Below, one piece after another: positions 50,553 through 58,707 of a stretch of DNA of 64,000 nt (positions are counted from its first letter, which is position 1; each line of letters begins with the position of its first letter). The notes beneath the pieces are model-generated. The model did no database searches, was not told where the DNA came from, and saw only the letters and a program-made list of their open reading frames with translations. The stretch is from Hyphomonadaceae bacterium (lineage in GTDB: Bacteria; Pseudomonadota; Alphaproteobacteria; Caulobacterales; Aquidulcibacteraceae): positions 83,803-147,802 of the forward strand of contig JBFWVZ010000006.1 of assembly GCA_050246475.1 (NCBI GenBank), given 5' to 3'. Made by a program: the position numbers and the translations under genes.

Positions 50553-51264
50553 CGGCGCGCCGCCTCGCGATCACAGTGAGTTCGCTGTTCATCCAGAGCG
50601 GAAAGCCCGCGAACGGGCTCCCCGCGACGCGCTCTATATCGAAACGCAAACGCAGCGCTGCAATAAGCGTGCGATGATCGAACCCCAAATGATGCGGATG
50701 ATAGGCCCGCCCTGGCGCGATCTCGTTTGCCGGCCGTGGTGCGGGCGCCTTGCCAAACGCCGCCAACGCGATCCCCCGCCAGCGCGCATCGAATGCGGAA
50801 GGACGCCGCGCCCAGCGGAACAGCCCCTTCGCCAGCGCCGGCGCCCCGATCTCGATTGGAACGCCGATGATGAGCGCCCCGCCGGGCCGAAGCACGCGCG
50901 CGATCGCATCGAGCGCGCCATCACTCTCGCGCGGCGGCAAATGCTCGAACACTTCCGTGCAGAAGAGAAGATCGGCCCACCCATCGCCGAGCGCGCGCTC
51001 CTCGCGCACAACGCGCCCGGCGCCGAGCGCCGCCTCCGCTTCCCGCGCCAAATCCGCCGCCGGTTCGAACGCGACGACCTCCGCGCCCGCGAACGCTTGA
51101 AGCGCCATCGCCGCGAGCGCCCCGTCGCCCGCGCCATAGTCGACGATCCGCTCAGCGCCCGCCGCCGCGCGCAAGCCGAACCGCAACGCGTCGTGCAACC
51201 GCCGCCGCTGCAGCCAGCGCTTCAGCGCATTCGGATCGTCGCGTGTAAGCGCGGCGTAGCTCAT
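50545..51264 (-). CDS. Class I SAM-dependent methyltransferase
   Basis: Motif I IVDYGAGDGALA and motif post-II LLFCTEVFEHL. Start moved to MSYAALTRDD to avoid overlap with the upstream gene. Confidence 0.7.
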   Translation of the reverse strand: MSYAALTRDDPNALKRWLQRRRLHDALRFGLRAAAGAERIVDYGAGDGALAAMALQAFAGAEVVAFEPAADLAREAEAALGAGRVVREERALGDGWADLLFCTEVFEHLPPRESDGALDAIARVLRPGGALIIGVPIEIGAPALAKGLFRWARRPSAFDARWRGIALAAFGKAPAPRPANEIAPGRAYHPHHLGFDHRTLIAALRLRFDIERVAGSPFAGFPLWMNSELTVIARRRADG

Positions 51265-51305
51265 GCGCGACGATTGCCACGCGCGCGTGAGTCCGGCCAG
51301 TCGCG

Positions 51306-52160
51306 TTAGGCTGCGGCGCCCAACTGCGCCGCTTCGTCGAACTCGGCCTTCCAGCGCGCGACGAGCGCGCGGTTGTCGTGATCCCACGGATGAAAGCCCG
51401 GGCGGTACCACGCGAAGTAGGTGCGCCATCCGCGCGAGAAGATGCCGGGCTCCTTCCACACGAAGCGCCTAACGGCCTTGAGCGCGTCCTTGCGCGAATA
51501 GCCGTCCGCTTCGAGCAGCATCGCCGCGTACGTGATGATGTTGCGCGTGAAGAGCGCGCTGATGACGGCCATCGCGAGGCACCGCCGCAGATAGCGCCGC
51601 ACCGGCCCCCATTTCTGCGTGACCGCCATGAACACGTCGAACGCGACCGCCTTGTGCTCGGTCTCCTCCATCGCGTGCCACCGCCACAGCTGTTCGATGC
51701 CCGGCGCGACGCTGTCGAACATCTCTTGGTTCGCGGCATGCACATCCGCCATCATCGCCGTGAAATGCTCGAGCGCGATCGTCGAAATCAGCATCCGCAT
51801 CGGCCCGCGTGAGCGCGCGAACGCCACGCGCTCTTGGATCGCGGCTTCGACCGCCGCCGCCGGATACTTCTCCCGGTCGATGAGCTGATTGAGCTGATGG
51901 TGCTCCCGCGCATGAATGAACTCCTGCGCGATGAAACCCTTCACGTCGTCCACGAGCTTGCCTGAAACCTGGCCGCGATAATGCTTCACCGCGTCCACGA
52001 ACATCCGCTCTCCATCCGGGAACGTCAGCGAGAGCGCGTTGAACACCGCCGTGCCGACCGGATCGCCATTGAGCCAATGGCCGCGCCGTGCGGCTTCGAG
52101 ATCGAAGCGGATGTCGCGCGGCGGAACCGGAACGTCGGCGGGCGTGGATTTGGCGCTCAT
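51306..52160 (-). CDS. Predicted metal-dependent hydrolase (PF10118-like)
   Basis: IRFDLEAARRGHWLNGDPVGTAVFNALSLTFPDGERMFVDAV...FIAQEFIHAREH...WHAMEETEHKAVAFDV pattern. Confidence 0.65.
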   Translation of the reverse strand: MSAKSTPADVPVPPRDIRFDLEAARRGHWLNGDPVGTAVFNALSLTFPDGERMFVDAVKHYRGQVSGKLVDDVKGFIAQEFIHAREHHQLNQLIDREKYPAAAVEAAIQERVAFARSRGPMRMLISTIALEHFTAMMADVHAANQEMFDSVAPGIEQLWRWHAMEETEHKAVAFDVFMAVTQKWGPVRRYLRRCLAMAVISALFTRNIITYAAMLLEADGYSRKDALKAVRRFVWKEPGIFSRGWRTYFAWYRPGFHPWDHDNRALVARWKAEFDEAAQLGAAA

Positions 52161-52212
52161 CGGGCGCTCTCCTGCTAAAGACCTTGGCTCTCGAGTCGAG
52201 ACTGGCTACTAC

Positions 52213-52226
52213 TGACAAAAATGTCA
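52213..52226. promoter_or_regulatory. TGACA-AAAA-TGTCA dyad overlapping the TetR start codon (candidate TetR operator)
   Basis: Read directly from the sequence, in the 60-nt divergent spacer between the TetR gene and the four-gene operon. Confidence 0.35.
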
Positions 52227-52832
52227 ATAAGACGCTCCATGAAAAAACCGCCACGCATCCGGCGCGACGCCGCCGCCGCGCGCGAGCACATCCTCGCCGC
52301 CGCGGAGCAAGTGCTGGTGGACGAGGGGCCGCTCGCGCTCAAGCTCGCCGAAGTCGCTTCCGCCGCCGGCGTCGCCAACGCCACCGTGCTGCATCACTTT
52401 GAATCGATCGACGGCCTCCACGCCGCGCTCATGCAGCGGATGACGGATCAATTGGTCGCCGCAGTCCTCGCCGCGCCCGCGCCGGAGGACGATCACGAGC
52501 GTGCGGTCGAGGAGGTCGCCAAGGCGCTCTTCGACGTCTTCGAAACCCGCGGCGCCGCGCGCCTCGCCGCGTGGCTGGAGCTGACCGGCGAGTCCAAACG
52601 CCTGACGCACGTGCGCGAAGCGGTCGCCGCCGTCGTCGCCGAGCGCGCCGGTCGGGGCGCGCTCACGGTCTCGCAAGCGCAGGATCTCGTGCTGACGAGC
52701 CTCATGGTCGCCATGGGCGCCGGCCTCTTCGGCGCCTCCCTCGCGGAATTGATCGGCAAACCCCCCAGCCGCGCGCGCAATCTCGCGTCCGAACTCCTCC
52801 GCGACCACGCCGCGAAGCTGAAAAAGCGCTAA
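52221..52832 (+). CDS. TetR-family transcriptional regulator
   Basis: HTH motif AREHILAAAEQVLVDEGPLALKLAEVASAAGVANATVLHHF. Confidence 0.85.
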   Translation: MSIRRSMKKPPRIRRDAAAAREHILAAAEQVLVDEGPLALKLAEVASAAGVANATVLHHFESIDGLHAALMQRMTDQLVAAVLAAPAPEDDHERAVEEVAKALFDVFETRGAARLAAWLELTGESKRLTHVREAVAAVVAERAGRGALTVSQAQDLVLTSLMVAMGAGLFGASLAELIGKPPSRARNLASELLRDHAAKLKKR

Positions 52833-52834
52833 AA

Positions 52835-52865
52835 GGCCAAGTCCGCTCTTGGCCCGAAGCGGACT
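52835..52865. terminator. Two mutually exclusive hairpins between convergent genes
   Basis: GGCCAAG/CTTGGCC (52835-52854) or AGTCCGCT/AGCGGACT (52840-52865). Confidence 0.35.
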
Positions 52866-52866
52866 C

Positions 52867-53166
52867 TCAGTAGAGAGCGCACTCCCAAGCCTCAAACGGT
52901 GGTTTTGCTCGTTCGCCAGTGATGTATTCGCGAATGTATTGGGCGGCTCGTCGTTCGGCGTACTTGGCGTTCAGTACATTTCCATCGTTGTCGAGTTCGA
53001 GAACGTTGGCAAAAACGGCGTAGACGGTCTCAAGAGCGCTTGGCTCTTCTTGCAACAGTCTGCGGTACTCGATCCCTTCGACATCCAAGTTGCCGACTGT
53101 GCCGTTCGCGATCCAGTACGAGAACTGTCGAAGTGCGCCGCTGACGGAGTTGCTAAGCTTTGGCAT
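52867..53166 (-). CDS. Orphan hypothetical protein (about 99 aa), low GC
   Basis: ATG 53166 with GGGAG upstream; MPKLSNSVSGALRQFSYWIANG... No family recognised. GC content is clearly below that of the neighbours. Confidence 0.4.
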   Translation of the reverse strand: MPKLSNSVSGALRQFSYWIANGTVGNLDVEGIEYRRLLQEEPSALETVYAVFANVLELDNDGNVLNAKYAERRAAQYIREYITGERAKPPFEAWECALY

Positions 53167-53296
53167 TAAAGGGCACTCCCGACCAATGCTGAAGTGGGCG
53201 GCGCTTGTCGTCAACGTCCGCTCCCGGCGAAAAGCAGACCTAATGGGCCTTCACCGACCCGGAAGGCTGCTAAGGTCCGGAGCGGACGTTGCCCAG

Positions 53297-53770
53297 TTAG
53301 GGACTGTCAAAAGCAGCGGCGTCGGCGGCCTCAGCAGCGAGCCCGTGCGCAAACTGGGCGCCGCCATGATTTTCGAATTGGTTTTCGAAGCCGTAGCCGT
53401 CAAAACTCAAAATCATCGCGGCTGCCAGATACAGTCCAGCGCGAATCTGATTGGCGTCAGATCGAAATGTCAGCGTGAGAAAATAGTCGCCGTTTGAGAT
53501 TAGGAAATTCGACGCAGAGCATTGCGCTATATAGCCCCAGAGGGATTCTGCATCCTCGACATCAGACGCTTCTTCGATATTGGCCTCTAGCGAGACCGGT
53601 CGCCCTTCGAAGACCACCGGCAGAGTGAGGTTGCCGTCCGGCACGGAGAACGGCTCGCTCGAGATGTGTGCGAGTGAAACAGGGTAAGAATGCTGCTCAA
53701 GCGCCATTTGGACTTGTTGCGCGGTCGGCCATTTGTCCCGACGCACTGCGACGAAGTAATCAAAGCTCAT
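53297..53770 (-). CDS. Orphan hypothetical protein (about 157 aa), low GC
   Basis: ATG 53770 (MSFDYFVAVRRDKWPTAQQVQ...). No signal peptide, TM helix or known motif recognised. Confidence 0.4.
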   Translation of the reverse strand: MSFDYFVAVRRDKWPTAQQVQMALEQHSYPVSLAHISSEPFSVPDGNLTLPVVFEGRPVSLEANIEEASDVEDAESLWGYIAQCSASNFLISNGDYFLTLTFRSDANQIRAGLYLAAAMILSFDGYGFENQFENHGGAQFAHGLAAEAADAAAFDSP

Positions 53771-53899
53771 GCTGGCCCCGAACGCCCCTCCAAATAGCAC
53801 ATTGCCCGATTTCCGCTCTCGGCGAAAAGCGGACGGATGTGGCCCGGCCATTGCGCCCGCAGCGCGTGAGCGCGAGGACGCAAATCAAAACAAGAAACG

Positions 53900-53949
53900 C
53901 CTACCGGGCCCACCACGCCGCGCGAAGCGCGCGTGGTGGGCCCGGTAGG
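53900..53949 (-). terminator. 19-bp perfect hairpin whose 5' arm is the 3' end of the tRNA, followed by a U-rich tract
   Basis: CCTACCGGGCCCACCACGC (53900-53918) is the exact reverse complement of 53931-53949 (tRNA T-arm and acceptor 3' strand, CCA, plus 3 nt). The minus strand then reads CGUUUCUUGUUUUGAUUUG. Confidence 0.5.
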
Positions 53950-54009
53950 ACTCGAACCTACAACCAGACCGTTATGAGCGGCCGGCTCTAACCATTGAGC
54001 TACGGGCCC
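53934..54009 (-). tRNA. tRNA with anticodon CAU (elongator Met or lysidine-modified Ile2; not the initiator)
   Basis: Hand-folded 76-nt cloverleaf. Acceptor GGGCCCG/CGGGCCC, D-arm GCTC-AATGGTTA-GAGC, anticodon stem GGCCG/CGGTC with loop CT-CAT-AA, T-arm GTAGG-TTCGAGT-CCTAC, encoded CCA. The 1-72 pair is G-C, so it is not tRNA-fMet. Confidence 0.9.
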
Positions 54010-54220
54010 CCGCGTGTCGCTGCCATCGCTGGAGGTGGCGCGCCCCTTACCAGCGTTCCCCGCGCCCCGAAAGCGTCGCCTCCGCGCCGGGCGCCCAGCG
54101 CTGAGGCGCCCAAGGATCGAACCGCCCCATCTTGCGGCGCCGCGCACACAGGGGCCTAGTGCGCGGGCGTCGGGCGCCGATTCCTTGGGCGGCGCTCGCC
54201 ACAGTCAGGGCGTGAGCGAG

Positions 54221-55642
54221 ATGTTCGATGAGATGCGGGAGGGTGGCGGCGTGCGCGCGGCCTATCGCGCCATCGCCGCTTGGCTTGAGGAGACGCCGCA
54301 TGAAACCTTGGCCTCCAAGCGTGAGGAGGCTGAGCGTCTCTTCCGCCGCATCGGCATCACATTCGCGGTCTACACCGAGGGCGGCGATCCCGAGCGATTG
54401 ATCCCGTTCGACATCATTCCCCGCGTCATCGATGCGCTGGAGTGGGAGACGCTGTCGAAAGGCTTGAAGCAACGCGTCCGCGCATTGAACGCCTTCCTCG
54501 CCGATATTTACGGGCCGCGCGAAATCATCCGTGCCGGGATCATTCCCGAAGCGCTCGTTCTGCTGAATCCTGCCTTCCAGGCGCACATGCAGGGCCTCGC
54601 CGTGCCCGGCGGCATCTACACCCACGTCGCCGGCATCGATCTCGTCCGCACCGGGCCGGACGAATTCTACGTGCTGGAGGATAATTGCCGCACGCCTTCC
54701 GGCGTCTCCTACATGCTCGAAGATCGCGCCGTGATGATGCGGCTCTTCCCCGAGCTTTTCGCGCGCGCCGGCGTCGAGCCCATCTCGCGCTATCCGGAAA
54801 TGCTTCTGCGCACGCTCCAATCCGCCGCGCCCCCCGCGTGCAGGGGAGAGCCCACCGTCGCATTGCTGACACCCGGCCAATACAACAGCGCCTACTACGA
54901 ACACTCCTTCCTCGCCGACGAAATGGGCGTGGAATTGGTCGAAGGCGTCGATCTCGTCGTCGAGGGCGGCAAGGTCTTCATGCGCACGACAGGCGGGCTG
55001 AAGCAGATCGACGTGCTCTATCGCCGCTTGGACGACGATTTCATCGACCCGCTCACCTTCCGCCCCGATTCAGCTTTGGGCGTGCCGGGTCTCATGGCCG
55101 CCTATCGCAACGGCCAGATCACACTCGCCAACGCCGTCGGCGCCGGCGTCGCGGACGACAAAGCCGTTTACATGCACGTACCCGCGATGGTGCGTTTCTA
55201 TCTGGGCGAGGAGCCAATCCTCAAGAATGTGCCCACGCACGATTGTTCGAAGCCGGATGATTTGGCTTACGTGCTGGAGCACATTCACGAACTGGTCGTG
55301 AAGGAAACGCGCGGATCGGGCGGCTACGGGATGCTCGTCGGGCCCCACGCCACGAAAGCCGAACACAAAGCCTTCGCCAAGAAACTCAAAGCCGATCCCG
55401 CCAGCTACATCGCACAGCCGACGCTCTCGCTTTCCACCTGCCCGACATTCGTTGAATCCGGCGTCGCGCCCAGGCACATCGATCTGCGTCCCTTCGTGCT
55501 CGCCGGCGCCGATGAGATCCGCATCGTGCCGGGCGGCTTGACGCGCGTGGCGCTGCGCGAAGGCTCGCTCGTCGTCAACTCGAGTCAAGGCGGCGGCACC
55601 AAGGATACCTGGGTGTTGCGCAAAAACGGATCGGGCGCTTGA
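54221..55642 (+). CDS. Circularly permuted ATP-grasp type 2 protein (COG2308-like)
   Basis: Start at MFDEMREGGG. RIGITFAVY...IPFDIIPR, YVLEDNCRTPSGVSYMLE, QITLANAVGAGVADDKAVY and PTLSLSTCPTF are the family hallmarks as I remember them. Confidence 0.85.
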   Translation: MFDEMREGGGVRAAYRAIAAWLEETPHETLASKREEAERLFRRIGITFAVYTEGGDPERLIPFDIIPRVIDALEWETLSKGLKQRVRALNAFLADIYGPREIIRAGIIPEALVLLNPAFQAHMQGLAVPGGIYTHVAGIDLVRTGPDEFYVLEDNCRTPSGVSYMLEDRAVMMRLFPELFARAGVEPISRYPEMLLRTLQSAAPPACRGEPTVALLTPGQYNSAYYEHSFLADEMGVELVEGVDLVVEGGKVFMRTTGGLKQIDVLYRRLDDDFIDPLTFRPDSALGVPGLMAAYRNGQITLANAVGAGVADDKAVYMHVPAMVRFYLGEEPILKNVPTHDCSKPDDLAYVLEHIHELVVKETRGSGGYGMLVGPHATKAEHKAFAKKLKADPASYIAQPTLSLSTCPTFVESGVAPRHIDLRPFVLAGADEIRIVPGGLTRVALREGSLVVNSSQGGGTKDTWVLRKNGSGA

Positions 55643-56574
55643 TGCTCTCGCGCGCCGCGGATTCCATGTTCTGGCTCGCGCGCTACATGGAGCGCATGGA
55701 CAATATCGCGCGCCTCATCGAAGCCGCGCAGATGATGACGGGCGTCGGCACGGACGCCGATGAGTGGCGCTCCGCGCTCGTCGCCGCCGGCTGCGATGAG
55801 GGTTTCGACAAGAAGCACGACATCGCCGACGCCGAATCCGCCGCGCTCTTTCTGGGCTTCGATCGCGACAACGATTCCGCCATCGTCAATTGCTTGGACA
55901 AAGCCCGCATCAACGCCCGCGCCATGCGCACCGCGCTCACGCGCGACATGTGGGACACGGTGAACGACGCCTGGCTCGAAGCCCGCGCATTGACGCCACG
56001 CTCTTTCTCCCAAGCGCGCCTCGCCGAAACGCTCGATTGGATCAAGACGATCTCGATGCGCTTCTTCGGCGCGTACTCGACGACCATGCTGCGCAACGAA
56101 GTATATTATTTCACGCGCCTCGGTACCTTCATCGAGCGCGCCGACAACACAGCCCGCATCCTCGACGTGAAATATCACGTGCTCTTGCCGAGCCCGAAAG
56201 AGGTCGGCGGCGCGCTCGATTATTATCAATGGGTCTCGATCCTGCGTGCGGTTTCCGCCGTCCGCGCGTATCAATGGGTCTATAAGGGCGAGGTGACGCC
56301 CTGGAACCTGGCGGAGCTGCTTATTCTCCGCCCCGAAATGCCGCGCAGCCTTCGCCGCTGCTACGAAGAGATCAATGAGAACCTCGATCGCCTGGCTGAC
56401 GCGCACGGCGGGGCGAAGGGCGAGCCGCACCGCCGCGCCGGCGCGATCGACGCTGAGCTGCGTTACGGCCGCATCCGCGACATTTTCCAATCGGGGCTGC
56501 ACGAATATCTGACCGGCATGATCGACCGCACAAGCGAACTCGGCCAAGAAGTCTCCGCCTTCTACATGCGATAG
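55639..56574 (+). CDS. Alpha-E domain protein (COG2307-like)
   Basis: MLSRAADSMFWLARYMERMDNIARLI... is the typical alpha-E start. Overlaps the upstream stop (TGATG). Confidence 0.85.
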   Translation: MMLSRAADSMFWLARYMERMDNIARLIEAAQMMTGVGTDADEWRSALVAAGCDEGFDKKHDIADAESAALFLGFDRDNDSAIVNCLDKARINARAMRTALTRDMWDTVNDAWLEARALTPRSFSQARLAETLDWIKTISMRFFGAYSTTMLRNEVYYFTRLGTFIERADNTARILDVKYHVLLPSPKEVGGALDYYQWVSILRAVSAVRAYQWVYKGEVTPWNLAELLILRPEMPRSLRRCYEEINENLDRLADAHGGAKGEPHRRAGAIDAELRYGRIRDIFQSGLHEYLTGMIDRTSELGQEVSAFYMR

Positions 56575-56578
56575 CTCC

Positions 56579-57367
56579 TTGCGCCTCAAGATCACGCACC
56601 GCACGTCCTACGCTTACGCCGCCCCCATCGAGCGCGGCGTCGAGCTCGTGCGTTTGTTCCCCAGCGCGCACGCAGGCCTCTCCGTGCTGCGCTGGTTCGT
56701 GACCGCGAAGGGCGCCCGCGTTGGGCAGAGTTTCTTGGATGGCGTGGCCAATCGCAGCGCGCTCGTTGATTTGAATCCCGGCGTTGAGAGCTTCGAAATC
56801 CTCGTCGAGGGTGAGGTCGAAACGCGCGATTCAAAAGGTCTCGTCGAAGGCGCCGCCGAGCCGTTGCCGCCCGGCTACTTTCTCCGCGAAACCAGGCTCA
56901 CCACGCCCAACGCCGCCATCGCGGCGCTGACGCCCAAGGGCGCCGATCAAGGCGCGCGCGCCATCGCGCTCATGCACGCCGTCCGTGAACGGATCGATTT
57001 TCAGGTCGGCGTGACGGACGTGCACGTCGATGCCGCGGCCGCGCTCGAACGAGGCGGCGGCGTCTGCCAGGATCACGCGCACGTCTTCCTTGCCGCCGCG
57101 CGCGCCGCCGGCATCCCCGCACGCTACGTCTCCGGCTATCTCTACACCGGCGAGAAGAACGAACCCGCCAGCCACGCTTGGTGCGAAGCCTACGTTGAAA
57201 CCGGTTGGCTCGGCCTCGATGCGGCGAACCGCGCCATCGTCAATGACGGCTACGTTCGCTTAGCCGTGGGCCTCGACTACCGCGAAGCAGCGCCCATCGC
57301 CGGCGTCCGCGTCGGCGGCGGAACGGAGACGCTGGCCGTTGAAGTCGGCGTCCGCGCGGAGCAATAA
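56579..57367 (+). CDS. Transglutaminase-like cysteine protease-fold protein (COG1305-like)
   Basis: N-terminal bacterial transglutaminase extension LKITHRTSYAYA; catalytic Cys in GGGVCQDHAHVF, His in SHAWCEAY, Asp in LGLDAAN. Confidence 0.85.
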   Translation: MRLKITHRTSYAYAAPIERGVELVRLFPSAHAGLSVLRWFVTAKGARVGQSFLDGVANRSALVDLNPGVESFEILVEGEVETRDSKGLVEGAAEPLPPGYFLRETRLTTPNAAIAALTPKGADQGARAIALMHAVRERIDFQVGVTDVHVDAAAALERGGGVCQDHAHVFLAAARAAGIPARYVSGYLYTGEKNEPASHAWCEAYVETGWLGLDAANRAIVNDGYVRLAVGLDYREAAPIAGVRVGGGTETLAVEVGVRAEQ

Positions 57368-57376
57368 AGGAAAAGC

Positions 57377-58114
57377 ATGACCTATTGCGTGGGCCTCTGC
57401 TTGAAGGATGGCGCGGTGCTGCTCGCCGACACCCGCACAAACGCGGGCGTGGATAACGTAGCGGTCTTCTCCAAGCTTCATGTCCTCAACGAGCCTGGCA
57501 AGCGGATGATCGCGCTGATGACGGCGGGAAACCTGGCCGTCACCCAATCGGTCGTCGCGCGTGTCATCGAAGGGGCCGGCGCGCCCGACGATGATCCGCC
57601 CCCAACGCTTTCGACCGTCTCCACCATGTTCGATGCCGCCAAACTCGTCGGCGATGCCATCCGCCGCGTTTATGACGCCGACGGTGAAGCCCTCGCCGCG
57701 CAGAATTTCCCGTTCGAAGCCTCGATGATCTTGATGGGGCAGATCGCCGGCCGGCGCATGAGGATGTTCCACATCTACTCGGCCGGCAACTTTATTGAAT
57801 CGACGCCCGACACGCCCTTCTTCCAGATCGGTGAGAACAAATACGGCAAGCCCATTCTTGATCGCGTCGCGCTCTTCGATACGCCGCTGGAGGATGCCGT
57901 GAAGCTGGCGCTCGTGTCGATGGATTCCACCATCCGCTCGAACCTTTCGGTCGGCTTGCCGCTCGATTTGCTCGTTTACAGGAAGGACGCGGTCGATATC
58001 GCCCTGCAGCGCCGCATCAGCGAGGATGACGACTACTACCGTATGATCCGGCAGCGCTGGTCCGATGCGCTGCGCGCCGCCTATCGCGACATCCCGGCGC
58101 CCGATTGGATGTAA
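57377..58114 (+). CDS. Anbu (proteasome beta-subunit-like Ntn peptidase, COG3484-like)
   Basis: MTYCVGLCLKDGAVLLADTRTNAG. Thr directly follows the initiator Met, with no propeptide. About 245 aa. Confidence 0.85.
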   Translation: MTYCVGLCLKDGAVLLADTRTNAGVDNVAVFSKLHVLNEPGKRMIALMTAGNLAVTQSVVARVIEGAGAPDDDPPPTLSTVSTMFDAAKLVGDAIRRVYDADGEALAAQNFPFEASMILMGQIAGRRMRMFHIYSAGNFIESTPDTPFFQIGENKYGKPILDRVALFDTPLEDAVKLALVSMDSTIRSNLSVGLPLDLLVYRKDAVDIALQRRISEDDDYYRMIRQRWSDALRAAYRDIPAPDWM

Positions 58115-58115
58115 G

Positions 58116-58589
58116 TTAGGCGGCCAGCGCCGCGCCCAGATGATCGAGCGCGACGCCCCAGCCTTGCTCGCGCTCGTTGGTCGTGTGCGAGCCGTCGAGA
58201 TTGGAGACGTGCTCGTTGAGCGTCAGCCTCGTGTGCCCTTGATCTTCCGAAAACTCGACTGTCACGAGTGAGGCGGTGACCGGCTCTTGCCCGCGCGTGA
58301 CCGTGTAGGCGAACACGATGCGCGCGTTTTCGATGAGATCGAGATAGACGCTGTCCTCCCGGTAAAGGAGATCGCCGGGCGGCCCGAAGCGTGAGCGCTT
58401 AAAGCCGCCGACGCGGAAATTCACTTCGTCGAACACGATTTCCCAGTCGTTGTGCGAAACGTCCCAGCGCCCGTGCGCCTCCGGATCGCGCCACGCCGCG
58501 AAGACCCGCGCGGGCGGCGCCCGATACGCGCGCTCGATCGTGATGGCTCCGTGATGGATGCGCGGCGCGTTCATCGCGGCCTCCTGCAA
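58116..58589 (-). CDS. SRPBCC / AHSA1-like (activator of Hsp90 ATPase homolog) domain protein
   Basis: ITIERAYRAPPARVFAAWRDPEAHGRW...LVTVEF...GHTRLTL.. pattern. Confidence 0.8.
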   Translation of the reverse strand: MQEAAMNAPRIHHGAITIERAYRAPPARVFAAWRDPEAHGRWDVSHNDWEIVFDEVNFRVGGFKRSRFGPPGDLLYREDSVYLDLIENARIVFAYTVTRGQEPVTASLVTVEFSEDQGHTRLTLNEHVSNLDGSHTTNEREQGWGVALDHLGAALAA

Positions 58590-58707
58590 TCAATTAGGCA
58601 TATACCTAACTAACGTCGGCTCTCCATCGGAGTCAAGTGCTCGCTCAATGTAAGCTTGCATCGCCCAGCCGCGCGCGATTGAGTGTTTTGAGGGGAGAAC
58701 GCATGCA

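Noticed and set aside
52867-54009. Islet beside the tRNA considered as an integrative mobile element.
   Set aside because: I found no integrase, excisionase or transposase gene and no direct repeat of the tRNA 3' end at the distal boundary. It is reported only as a compositional islet, not as a mobile element.
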